A stretch of 64,000 bases of DNA from assembly GCF_006345805.1 (NCBI RefSeq), contig NC_043011.1, forward strand, positions 38,328,464 to 38,392,463, given 5' to 3'. The notes under the pieces were generated by a model. The model made no database searches. It was not told the origin of the DNA and saw only the letters and a program-made list of their open reading frames with translations. This stretch comes from Octopus sinensis. Lineage: Eukaryota. This document shows, piece by piece, positions 40,465 to 53,692 of the stretch. The first letter of the stretch is position 1; each line of letters opens with the position of its first letter. The position numbers and the translations under genes are program-made.

Positions 40465-43147
40465 ATATATATAAGTGCTTGCTTTGTATCAGAGGAGGAA
40501 AATATACTGGTCAGTCCAAGGAAATTACATCGAGGTATTATATCCATTATGCGCTTTTACGATCATTGGTCTTTGCGTCTCATCTTCTTTCAACTTCGAT
40601 AACATAACTGCCCGAGCAAGTACAGAAAATCTATATATTCGATCAAAAGACTGGAGGGCGATACTCCAGCATGGCCCCGAAGTCTGAAATCAATAAAGGA
40701 ATTTTAAAGTATACATAAAAAGTAAACATGAAATAAGTCCATCGTAGCTTTGCAACAGACACTTACGAGTCAGGTTATCGGATGTTGAGTTACATATTAG
40801 AGCATACCGGAAGGCAGGTTAAGAGTTATAATGGTAGAGTTGTGATCACATGACAATCTATAAAGCGTGCGGGCACAAATAATGCTCCTTGCAACTGAAT
40901 ATTGTACTCTGCCGTTTATGTAACCAAGGTCAGATATGCAAGTCTAGAAAGGATAGGAAAACAATTGCCTTTTATCTTCTATTTGTTTTGCTCGCCTTTT
41001 TATTCTGCTTTTCGGCAGCAATTCTATTCTTGGTTAGAAGCTTCCAACGAGTCAGTCACTTGTTCACTGGATTCCCGATGGTGAGAAGAACAAACGAGTC
41101 TCTGCAATGCCGGCAAAAGCAATATCACAGAATGGTTTTCGCAGAAATTACCGGTGTATTTCTTTTACGTTGATGTTACCATTTTTTTAATGAGAAATTG
41201 TTGATGGTAGCATGTTTACGTACAGTCATCGGCAGAAGAAAAGCACATTTACATATGAGTGAATGCATGAGTGTGCGTATATGTGTGTATGTTGTGTGTG
41301 TGTAAGTATGTATGTGGAAGAGAGTGTATGTATGTTTATGTGAGCGCATGTGCATGTGTGGTTTGTATGGGTGCAGTATGGTAGCAAGTTTTAAAAAGTC
41401 CTATTCACAATGATCAGGTCTCGATTTCAATTTCACAGAGTGGAAGCTCATGAGTCTTAGTCAATACTATTTCACATCCAACTAAATTATCTAAAGTCTG
41501 CAAGAAGTGTAACAGTCATGCAAATAGCCAAAAACACGCATTAAGCGAAGTTGAAATCCCATCAACGAAGAATTAGAAACATCAAAGAATTTACTACAGT
41601 TTTATCGCGATTGCTGTTATTGTTTATCAGCATCTGTTAAATAGAAGCACATCCTATTGATTGATCAAGCGATGAGATGCAATTTCAAATATGAAGTACT
41701 TTCACACCATACACAAAATATCACTCTGTGATTCCTTTACTTCCAAATATATTTTTATGGATCTCCAGCAGAGTAAAGCAAGCAAAATTATTGGATTCTT
41801 TTAGCAAACAACTATATCCAATTTCATTTCCAATCACAGAATAAAAATTAATGTTATGAGTCCATAGTATTTGTTATCTGATTTGTCAGTTATAACTAAT
41901 TTTTAAAATCCCATTTGTTCATTATATACGCTAGTTTTTCTTCCTTTTGTTTTAAATTTCTGCCGAATTCTGCAGAATGCAGCTGTTTAGTTCATTGCTT
42001 TTATTCAAAGATTAAATTGATCAACTTGAAAATGGTTATTTTTTTCTGCAAATCCGAGTTCGGTCATTGATTTTGAGCATACAAGCAATACAGTGCATAA
42101 AAATAGGCTCTTAACAGAATGTGTTTCTACGTTCCAGCGGATGTCTTTTTTTGTTTCCTTCAACGGTTCCTTAATATTGTTACAAAGGAATGGTTGGTTT
42201 TCTTTTGCAGTTTTATTATTGCTACCTACAGTTTTCTGGCTTTTAGCCAAATTTGATACTAATATTTTGTTTATTCTCAAGTACAAATCATGCTATTTAC
42301 TGCCAAGGTGTTTGTGGAACGAAGATGAATGGAATAGAAATTAAAGGAGAAGGACTGAAGAAGGAAGAATGGCAGGTGGAAACGGTACAAAAATATAATG
42401 TAAAAAAATAGATAACAAATAACAAAAGGTGAATAAACGATAGACTACAACCAAAACAAACAAGAAAACTGAGTGTACGAAACATAATAGAATATCAAGA
42501 GAGATAAGATGTTAAAAAAAATATTAGTGGAAAGTAAGTAAGAAAATAGAAAATTTCCCTCCAAATAGGAGGGGAAAAAGAAGAGAGATAATAACTGCCA
42601 AAGCCGTAGGAAATAAAGTAGAATGAAACAGATGAGAATAATTGAGGTCAGATAATATTAGCTTGAATGTATTAATTTTTTTTAGAAAGCACAAAGTGCA
42701 TCTCAGAGAAAAAAAATCATAGTATATTCAGTAGAATATTTGTGCATTTTCTGCAGAGTCGATGCCATTGTAATTAAAATGAAAAAAAGCTTTTAGTGAA
42801 GAATCAAAACAGGATTGCGAATCGTATTCACCATAAGATTATTTGACTAAATATACTTCATATTAAACATCTTGTAAATTAAATAAGTTTGCCGTGGACA
42901 AATCCCCGGAAATCATCATTTAAAATTGCGATATTGACGAAAGTATCTCGCAAAAATTAGGTACAAAATGGATAAATCTATGCAAGTTTGATAATTGGAA
43001 ACTGTGCAGAAACCCATCCTATGTTTGACTGTGTAGTAAAAAGGTTGCTTCCGAACGACATGGTTCATGTTGGACAAGTGTGTTCTCCTATGGCCGCGGA
43101 CCGACGAAAGCCTTCTGAATAGATTTGATAGACGGATCGTGTGTGGG

Positions 43148-43197
<50 letters not shown>

Positions 43198-43583
43198 TGT
43201 GTATGTATGTATGTATGTATGTATGTATGTATGTATGTATGTATGTATGTATGCATGTATGCATGTATGTATAGATATCGCTCAATTGACAGCCGGTGCT
43301 GGTTAGTTTACGCCCTGTCGCCTACTGATTCTATAAAAGCATCCAAGGACTCAACAAAATTATCAGAGGGACATTTCTTCGACTTATCCTTCTGTGCAAT
43401 GCTCTAGCTTGGCCACAATTCAGTGGCTGATACAGGTAAAAGAGTGAAAGAGCAAATAAATAGGACTTGTTCATGGTATTACTGGATGTTTTAGGGAATG
43501 GAATGCACATGATCCGCAACTGGATTTGAACATGAATATCTTATTTCTAAACAGCTTATAAAGATGCAAATATCCATCTAAGT

Positions 43584-43845
43584 CAGTGGTTTCCAAACAT
43601 GTTCGGGCTGCCACCCCCTTGAAACCCAGGCCACATTCCTAGCACCACCACCCCGACTAACCATCACAAACATAGATCTCCTCTGAAACAAATACAAAGC
43701 CACCGTATTTCACAAATAAAACTTAACATAATGAATTCATATTTTGTTGTTTTTCCATTAATCGCTGCCCCATTATTGCCCCACGCCTCCTTGGAAATTT
43801 TCCACCGCTACAGGAGGACGATACCGCCCACTTTGGGAACCAATG
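43584..43845. mobile_element. hAT (Charlie-like) MITE
   Basis: TIRs CAGTGGTTTCCAAA / TTTGGGAACCAATG; perfect 8-bp TSD ATCTAAGT at 43576-43583 and 43846-43853. Confidence 0.88.
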
Positions 43846-45499
43846 ATCTAAGTATATCGCTGTTGTTGTTGTTGTTTCAGATGTCTGTCCCTACCCCAGG
43901 TCAACTCTGATAGTAGCGGCCTATGATTTGCGGCAATCTAGGCATGATCATCTTGTGTTTTTGCGGACGCCAGTTTGGGATTTGAATGAAGATTTCTCCT
44001 CTTTTTCTATCAGACTGAGAGGGCAGACATACAATCTATCTTTACTCGCTAATTAGTTAATTTGCGATATTGAAAGATAGAATCGACATGGATACAGATA
44101 TTGTAAACATAGACAATGTGAATGAGAACAGTTATCTTTAGAATAATACCTTATAAATAACTTGTCTGAAACATTCAGACATTTAAAGATTTGGAGATTT
44201 GATAAAAGAAATATATTTGAAAAATAATATTAATTAGACTACATCTATTGAAAAAGAATATGATATCGAGTCTATGGTTTGCGGCAAAACAATGTATCTG
44301 ATCATCTCCAGAGAACTTATAAGGCGAGGTACGTTCTCAACATAGAAAAGTCTGCGTTATAAAGATAAGTATAATTCGTTTTTAATAGCATAACTCGAAA
44401 TAGATAAGGCTAAAAATAATGAGTTAAATTTTGATACAAGGCCAGAAATTTTGAGGAACTGAGAAAGTCTATTAAATCGACTTCAGTATTTAACTGGTAC
44501 TTATTCTATCGACCCCTGGAAGGCAAAGTTGAGATTGGCAGAATTTAAACTCAAATTGTGAAGACAGGCGAAATGCTACCAACAATTTTACACGGTGTAC
44601 TAGCGATTCTGTCAGCTTACTGTCTTAGATAAAACTATCTATAATAGCACGTAAGTATGATATTCAATTAACACTTTAGAGAATAAAGTGTCGTAGTGTA
44701 GCTCATGGGAGACGCATCCGCCACTTCTTTAAACAAAACGGACTTTATACATTGGACTAAAGCAATCTTGCGAATTCCTCTATAAGTTTTATAAGAATTC
44801 TTCTTATGAATGGGAATTGTATTTTGGATTGCGTCATAAGAATTTAGAAAGTTCAAGATGCGAAATAATTCGGTTTTAACTCGAAGTAGATAAAGCTATA
44901 AATTACCAGGTGAAAATACTGAGTTTGGATATCCATTGGATAATAAAGTAGATTTCATGTGAGACTGGAACCCCATCTTCTTTAAACGTGACTGACATTC
45001 TACCATTGGACCAAAGCTACCCTTTGATTCTCTCCAGACATTGTATAAAGTCTTGTTCCTACCAGCGAGAATTCTATGTTGTTTATGTCATAAGATATTA
45101 AAAACTTGTAGAAACATAAAAAAGATCTCGAAGTGTATAAGGCTATAATATATAATAGCATGTAAAAAAAATCACAGATATAGGTTCGAAGCCACGGGCA
45201 GTCTTACAGTTTTCCTATGCAAAATATTCTTTTTTAATCCATTATCTACATGGTGTTATTCATACTTTTATCGATTTTGATTTTCACCAGTAAATCGTAT
45301 TTATTTCACATCTCTCGAGATTTCTAGATTGTTACTACGAGAGCAACAGAATTTTTTTTCACTTTTTTTTCAAAATTTTAAAATACTCCCTGGTTCACTG
45401 AAATCGCTGTTCTGTCAACAAGACAGGACTGCGAGATTCACAATGAAGTATATACCACATGTCTTTGATATTACAACTGTAACATGTACAGGTATAACT

Positions 45500-45810
45500 G
45501 GCACTCCGTCGGTTACGTCGACGAGTGTTCCAGCTGAGCCGATGAATGAAACAACCTGCTCGTGAAATTAACGTTCAAGTGGCTGAACTATCCACAGACA
45601 TTTGTACACTTAACGCATCTCTCGGAGATTCAGGGTGTTACAGAATCTGACAAGGTTGACCTCTTGAACAACTCATATTTGCCAGCTGAGTGTATTGTAG
45701 CAACGGGAAATAAAGTATATTGCTCTTGAAGACAACACCCCGCAGGGAATTGAAACCATGGCCTTACGATCGTGTGTCAAATACCGTAACCACTACTCCA
45801 TGCTCCTTCA
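45500..45810 (-). mobile_element. SINE family D, diverged
   Basis: Same head and tail as 27806-28126. Confidence 0.78.
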
Positions 45811-47217
45811 CTCAAACGTTTCCTAAAACAAAATGTTAATACGATCACTAATATATTCCGATATCTCGTCAACGTCCCCTTGTCAGCTCTCTCACATTTT
45901 GCAGAGCGTATAAAAAAACCTCTTCTGCTCCTTAGCGTTGGCTTGTCAAATACCATCTACTCACAGCTACTCCCGATCGGCGTTCTCTTCTTCTCTCGTC
46001 ACGCATGTTCTGTTCATCTCATTGCCAGACTTTAAAGTATCTATTACAATGACTTGTCATTGTTCTCCAAGCATCGGTCATCTGCAAATTCCTCCACTGA
46101 ACATTATCTTGTTTTCTTTCATTCTTGCTTTTTTTTTATTTTCCTGCAAGCGTCAACCTCATATTATCAATGCAGTTCTTAACTTTGCTTATAAAACATA
46201 CATCCACGCGGTAATCCTTTTATCCTGCTTAATGTCGATGCATTGTTAGCACACCGAAAGACAGCGGTCTTGCAGAATCGTTAGTGCGCTAGACAAAATG
46301 GTTACTGACATTCCCCCCAGCCATACGTTCTGAGTTCAAATTCCACCGAGGTCGATCTTGTTTTTCGGGTGTCAATAAAACGTGTACCAGTTAAGCACTG
46401 GGGTCGAGGGAATGGACTAGACACCTCCGCCAAAATTTCCGGCCTAGAAAGGATTATCAGAACGTTGAATATTGTGGTATCCGTCCTGACAGATTCTCTC
46501 GTATAGATGTACGGTGCTCAGAGCACAGGCATATAATCCTAGTAGACGAGAACCGTTCCACATTGGCGCCAGTGCTGCAAGATCACGTTATTTCAGTGTA
46601 CTGCACTTTCTTAGTGCCAGGCGACGGATTGCTGTGTATTAGCCAAATATGGCTGGAAGCAGTATATGCAATAACAATGATTATATATATATATGATAGA
46701 CTCTCTCATCAAAGATGACGAATGAGCATTCAATTTTTGAAGAATGACCTACACAAATGATTTGCTTATAGTGATCAAATGTTCGTGCCGCATATTAGCT
46801 CACTTTTTCCATCAAATCAAAATGGCCTGAACAGGTTTACTGTGTACCACGCATCAGGTGTCGAAGTGATCGCAAAGAAGCGCGAGATGAAGTCCTTTGG
46901 TGAAGACACAATGCACCATTCGGTCTAGGAATTGAAATCACGTTCCAGCGATCGTGAATGCAACAGCGTAACCATTAAGTGATGCACCCACTCAGTATGT
47001 ATGTGTGTGTATGTACGCTACATATATATAAACACATATACATGTACACACATATACAGGCATACACACACCAACACACACATATATCACCGTGATTACC
47101 GTGACCGACCAGGCTAGCAGATGTTGCTACACATCGCTGGTCACAATGCGCTTCGCATTGTTTTAGCCTTCAAATGACGCCACCACCCCGCTGGCTAAGC
47201 GAGCAGGCGAAATGTAT

Positions 47218-47271
<54 letters not shown>

Positions 47272-47275
<4 letters not shown>

Positions 47276-47665
47276 GAAATGAAGAAAATGCTGACAAAAT
47301 AATTTAAGTAAGGAGAGTGAATTTAATTAGGTGTAAGTTATTTTTACCGGTTGCGCATTTGTTATGCTTATCAAAAGATATTTTTTAAGAGAGATAGAGT
47401 TCCTTTCTGATAGATTTTTTCTCTTATCTGACAGATTCTCTCGTATAGACGGACTGTGCTCAGAGCACAGGCATAAAAATCTATCAGAAAGGAACTCTAT
47501 CTCTCTTAACAAAATGTCTTTTGATAAGCATAACAAATGCGCAACCGGTTAAAAGAACTTTCACCTAATTAAATTCACTCTCCCTTACTTAAATTATTTT
47601 GTCAGCATTTTCTTCATTTCCTTTTTTTATATATCACAACTCGTGTTCCACATCTCCTTTTTTAA

Positions 47666-47668
<3 letters not shown>
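47272..47668 (+). mobile_element. Fold-back element between (TA)n tracts
   Basis: Arms 47272-47420 and 47475-47624 are nearly perfect; loop 47421-47474; short tail before (TA)n. Confidence 0.85.
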
Positions 47669-47691
<23 letters not shown>

Positions 47692-47696
<5 letters not shown>

Positions 47697-47900
47697 ATCC
47701 AAACATGAACAAAGAGAAAACACAGCAACGCTAATACGTGGAACAAGTATAGTGTTATTGGACGCTCAGGAAAGGAAAGAAAGAAGTCGGATTTAATATT
47801 TCGAGCGGAGTTCTTCGTCTGAAATATAGAAAGAAAGGAAAAGTCCACCGAAGGGAAGACGGAGAAAGAAAATCGCCAACGATACACACGCGGTAACATA
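47692..47900 (-). mobile_element. H2-related HHR-variant element, degenerate
   Basis: Minus strand TTTCAGACGAAGAACTCCGCTCGAAATATTAAA followed by TTCCTGAGCG, as in H2; a related remnant lies at 55915-56010 (+). Confidence 0.55.
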
Positions 47901-48914
47901 CATATGTCATATATATATACATATCCTTTCATGGATAAGTTGACTTCAGTTGGAACTGAACTCACTTTGCACAATGTACTTTGTTGTGCGCTCGCATAAC
48001 CCAACCATTTCACTTGTGAAAAACAGAACAAAGGAATAAATAAATATAGTGGAATTTATCAACAAAGAAACCTGTGTGTGGTTGGCTAAACCTTAAATCA
48101 CAATCTATTGACTTAAAAAAAATTTAAGTATTTACAAGACATTCCAGAATCTAGTATTGCACAAACAGACGAGAATGTCTTTTTTGGAACGCCCCTGATA
48201 ATTTTGTTTGATCAGGTGCTAGACAACAGTAGGAAGAATAACAATGGGTTTGGTCACATATATTTATTGTGTCTGGAACAATATATATTTTGCCTCTATG
48301 GAAATTTATCTAATACAACATAGTTACTTCAGACTGAAATATTAATATTTGATTTTTTTTCTTCGACGTTCTTCAGAGACAATAGTAATTGATTATGATT
48401 GTGTATTTCGATAACATAAGAAGAATAATTGCTTACATTGGCATGAAGCCATAAAATTTGTAGAGCAATGTAATTGATTGAACTAACCCTGGCATTACTG
48501 AACGATTAGCAGACGTCACTACAAGCACCGCGGTGAGATAAAAGTAGAACGTTGACCTCACTGGTTCAATTTAAATCGGAGCTAATACAAAGGAACTTAA
48601 ATACTGAAATAACCGCATGTGTATACTTGCATAAATCTCTCCTCTCTCTATTGATCCGGCAGGCACATGAATGACTCTACTTTACTAAAATTGTTGAATA
48701 CCCCTAAAACATGTCCGGAGTTACCACTCTTCTCTACCAAAGACCAGATTATTATTTCATTTAATTCATAATGGACTATATGATTTTAATTAATTTAGGT
48801 CAATCCCTTTTAAAATTCGTAGCTTATTTTAAGTTGTGGCCCTTGCCCCTGTTTCATTTATAAATTGCGCAACTATGATTTCAATTACTGGGACTGTCTT
48901 AAAGCCTTGAAACT

Positions 48915-49235
48915 CTAATCTCTCCAGTGCCGCCGGAAGCGGTACATCACTTGTACGATGTGGAGAATATACCGCCAGCATTGCCCAAACAACCTGAACA
49001 TTAGTTTCATGATTCATCTAAGGCTGGGACCACGGGCCAAACGTCCCCTGCCTAATTCAGGATCACAACATATAAGTACACTGCGACATTATTTCTTTCC
49101 CAAAACTGATCAAAGAGGAAAAGGACCCCATTACCTTTAGGCGGAGTCTGGACATTTTTCTCCAAGGAATACCAGATAAGCCACCCATGGTTGAACACAA
49201 CTCACTCGACAAGAACTCACTACTTGAATGAACCA
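48915..49235 (+). pseudogene. LINE (CR1/L2-group) C-terminal remnant
   Basis: SLQCRRKRYI..MWRI and LDIFLQGIPDKP..KNSLLE, resembling 53470-53690. Confidence 0.6.
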
Positions 49236-49447
49236 TAAACAAAACTTGATTTAGAAAGGATTTAGATAATCATATCAGATGGTGTTATTAAATTAGACAT
49301 GGTCTGGACCAATCTTTGGTCGAAACATATCTAAGTTTTATGATCACTTCTTCAAAATACAGACATATAGGGATATCATAAAGAGAAACGGCATGAGTAA
49401 AGTGGATTTTATATCGAGTGAAAGCAGATATATATATATATATATAT

Positions 49448-49760
49448 AAAACATTATTGGTGAATTGAAGAAATGGAGCTGAACGCAGATTGAACAGAAA
49501 TCGTTTTATTTCATTCTACACGTGTTTCGAAACACGTGTAGAATGAAATAAAACGATTTCTGTTCAATCTGCGTTCAGCTCCATTTCTTCATTCACCAAT
49601 AATGTTTAATTTCAATTATCCGCACCAACGCACGGTTGCAACGCCAGATGGTTGTACCTCCAACCGTGCTGTTCACTGCTGTGATTTTTGCTACTAAGGT
49701 ATCGGTTAAACTTTTGATTAATCTACTACAAGATTATTCATCTTTCTATTTCACATAAAT
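49448..49760 (+). mobile_element. Near-perfect ~160-bp palindrome plus tail in (TA)n, centred on an HHR 3' half
   Basis: Centre GTTTC|GAAAC at 49528/49529, followed by ACGTGTA (GAAAC-acgt-GTA). Confidence 0.8.
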
Positions 49761-49782
49761 TATATATATATATATATATATA

Positions 49783-50005
49783 TACTTTATTTTAAGCAGC
49801 AGAAAATTCAACAAATCTGTACTCTGAGTTTCTCGTTGCCGTTCATCAGACAGTTTTTGCAAAAACTGTCTGATGAACGGCAACGTAAAACTCAGAGTAA
49901 CAGATTTTGTTGAATTTTCTGCTGCTTAAAATAAAGCATATTACTCTACCACTGGCATTTGAGTACTCTTTTTTCCATTTTGTTTCACATTTATGTGTTT
50001 ACTCC

Positions 50006-50007
<2 letters not shown>
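49783..50007 (+). mobile_element. Palindromic fold-back element with two divergent hammerheads, in (TA)n
   Basis: Centre TTTTTG|CAAAAA at 49859/49860; HHR ctgt-CTGATGA-acg(gcaa)cgt-(G)AAAC-tcaga-GTA-acag at 49866-49903 (+) and 49817-49854 (-). Confidence 0.85.
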
Positions 50008-50053
<46 letters not shown>

Positions 50054-50442
50054 ATATATATAAATAATGATATGGAAAGTTAAGTTCCAAGGATCCTGGT
50101 GTAAGAAGTTAGTAAGCTTCGGGCGCTCCATAGAAGGTATAACATTTTCAGGGAAAATAGTGATTTATTTGTACAGAAAGTTGTTTGGTTGACTTTTTCC
50201 TTGTTCCAGTTGTTTGACTGCTGCCATGCTGGTGCGTACATCTATCCCACATCGAAGTACGATAACCCGAAAAAAGTTATTTTATGGCCCACGGTTAGCA
50301 ACTGGGCTTGCTATGTATGCGAATAAAAATCTAAATTAGGAAATGGGCCCGGTAAAATCCAAGCTACATGTGTTTCTAAGCTAGCAGAACTTCGGAAGCA
50401 GTAACGACTCAACGATATATGAGTGTGTGTGTGTGTGTATGT

Positions 50443-50861
<419 letters not shown>

Positions 50862-50865
50862 TATA

Positions 50866-50917
<52 letters not shown>

Positions 50918-52627
50918 ATTTATTATTTATATATTTATATATGTGTGTGTAGGTATGTATGTATGTATCAGTTGAAAAGTTGAAATATGTATTATAGGCA
51001 TGCATAGCTATAAAATGATTATATAGGAAAATAGAAACTAACCGATATAAAAATAGAACACCATACAATATTTTCCACTATAGGCATAAGGCTGGAAATT
51101 AGGGGAAGGGGTCTAGTCGATTACATGGTCCCCAGTGTTTCACTAGTATTAATTTTATCGACCCTGAAAGAATGAAAGGCAAAGTCGACCTCGGTGGAAG
51201 AACACCACATAATCGTTAATGCCTAATAACACGAAGAGAAATATGTACTGCTAGCTATGGAATTATAATGCAATCAAGGTGTAAACTATCTACCCAAACC
51301 AAGATCGGTACCACCACTTTCCTGCCTTGCAGCAAGTTTAAGGGAGACAGAATTTTTTTTGAATTAAAAATATTTATGAAGGCCTGGTCAAAGAGGAAAT
51401 TGGCAGTACTCTGTTTTCGCAAACCCAGCCAGTATTATGTCTTTTGCCAATGCGATCAGGCAGAAATGTAACACCAAAACCTGCCATTTCTCGTTACCAA
51501 ACCAAGATGGCGGATTTTTGTTTTCCATGGATTTAGTTGAAAGATGCATCCTATGACCTATCCTGATGTAGGAGAACGATCCTCAATCTATATATGGAAT
51601 CCGGAAGCTCACTACATTCGAGCTGTAATGTTCCTCCCCTGGGAACTTTTCCTTGCCATATGAATAACAGCATAAAAGACAAATAATGTTCGAGATTGCA
51701 CATCCACTTCATCGCATAAGAGTATTCTCGCCGAGTATTCTCATGAATTAAGAGATAATTCATTGGCAACGAATTCAATGAAACTTTGTCATTTATCAAG
51801 CTGGACTATGCCTAAGCTAATGACCCTGCAAATATTAGCCATGATTAATGTAACACCGAAATGTACCGATACAATAAACAGGCCACGAATATGTGGAAAA
51901 CCAATTTTGCAAATACAAGCAATGGGGGGGATTACAAACACAATTTCATCTCTATTAGAAAAGTAATATTCGAAAACGACACCTGCATTCTCTCTCTCTC
52001 GCACACACACTTCTGCCTGGTTCCGAATCAACAAGTTAATCAACAAGTTAAATCAGATAGGACTAGAATACAAACGCTTGCGGTGAACAATCAAACATCT
52101 TTTTCTTAAGGGTTACTTCAACATGTACACGATTTTATCAATAAGACCTTGAAGGTACGAAAACTAAAAATTGATAATTTATGCTATGTAAGATGACGCG
52201 ACAGAGATAAGAGATTCAAGCCTTTACATAACCAAAACCCCAAAGTGCGGAATTGATATCTACAAAGAAAATTCCAATATCAGTTCTCAGAAACAAGCCT
52301 CCCAAATCTGTTACTCTGCCAGCGGAGTATCATGCATGAAACGTGTTTTCTAATCATTATTTCTTAAATACAGCAAGTCATTATTTATACAAATCAATGA
52401 CAGAGGGCAATTAGATAGGAACTCAAAGGGAAACGAAAGTCTGTAATAAAACAAAGGACCAGCCATCACATCATATAAGTTAAGAGCGAGCTAATAAATA
52501 AAGGTCTACAGGGTCATGCAACCTAGCATACGCTTCTGTATTGACAACAAAAACAGTAAGGATGAGGTAATATAGTTCTTGATATGTATGCAAGGAGGGA
52601 ATCGTCCCAGAAAATATACCTGTCTTA

Positions 52628-52988
52628 GGCGGTGAGCTGGCAGAAACGTTAGCACGCTGGATGGAATGCTTAGGGGTATTTCGTCTGCCGTTACGTTCTG
52701 AGTTCGAATTTCGCCGAGGTCGACTTTGCCTTTCATCCTTTCGGGGTCGATTAAATAAGTACCAGTTATGCACAGTTTGTCTGTCCTTGTTTGTCTTCTC
52801 TGTGTTTAGCCCTTTGTGGGTAGTAAAGAAATAGGCATTTCGTCTGTTTTTACGTTTCGAGTTCAAATTGCGCCGAGGTCGACTTTGCCTTTCATCCTTC
52901 CGGAGTCGATAAAATGAGTACAAATTGGTTACTGGGGTCGATCTTATCTACTGGCTGCCTCCGCCAAATTGTGCGTAGAATAGAAAAA
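52628..52988 (+). mobile_element. Dimeric SINE family B
   Basis: Head plus two cores separated by the TTTAGCCC..TAAAGAAATA block. Confidence 0.85.
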
Positions 52989-53279
52989 ATATATATCTAT
53001 CTGAATATATTTCTTTTCTATCAATGTCTACTTTAAGTTAAAAAGCAATAATAGCAACAAAAGTTTGCCGTTTATGTTTCTGAGTCGTTCGTTCTTCATC
53101 CAGGATTTATGATTTCTAGTCAAGCTTATATTTATTTAAGCTTCAGAATCACCCTGCCTTCTTTTCTTCAATACTAACGTTCTAGTTAATTGTACTTGTA
53201 ATATTACAGATAAATCCAACATATTTGCAATGTGTTTTATACATTATATTCATATTCATTTAAAACAAACGTCATTTAT

Positions 53280-53370
53280 TACAGAAATCCATCGACTATC
53301 GAGGGTGTTACGTTCCAAAAACCCCTGCGATAGGTGAAAATCCGCGAATTAGAAACTACATTGTACTGTA
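53280..53370 (+). mobile_element. pogo/Tigger-like DNA transposon terminal fragment
   Basis: TACAG.AATCC.TCGACTATCG.GGGTGTTACGTTCCAAAAACCCC.GCGATA resembles a Tigger-type end. Confidence 0.45.
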
Positions 53371-53384
53371 TATATGATTGATTC

Positions 53385-53692
53385 TAGTTTCAGCTCACGA
53401 GCTGCGGCCATGCTGGGTCACCGCCATTTAGTGTTGCTACATGGTTTTACTTCACGAATGCTTTTTAGCAACTGCCATTTGGTGCATGAGAGAGTTCGAT
53501 GCAGCTGCCCTCATCTGCACCTCCTGCCGTGAAGTTGGTTCATCTGGGATACCTGACAAGAAGAGATCCAGTTTCACTTTAAAGACATCTGCATCCACCC
53601 CATGCAGGTCTCTTAGATTCTTCGGGAGGATATTGAAGAGCTGTGGGCCTCGGAAGCCCAGGCTATCACAGTATCTTGTCCTACATCTTGAT
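53385..53692 (-). pseudogene. LINE (CR1/L2-group) 3' end
   Basis: CRTRYCDSLGFRGPQLFNILPKNLRDLHGVDADVFKVKLDLFLSGIPDEP..RAAASNSLMHQ, then a short 3' UTR. Confidence 0.8.

Noticed and set aside
51551-51799. 82-aa ORF in unique sequence
   Set aside because: No recognisable motif; cannot be supported as an exon.
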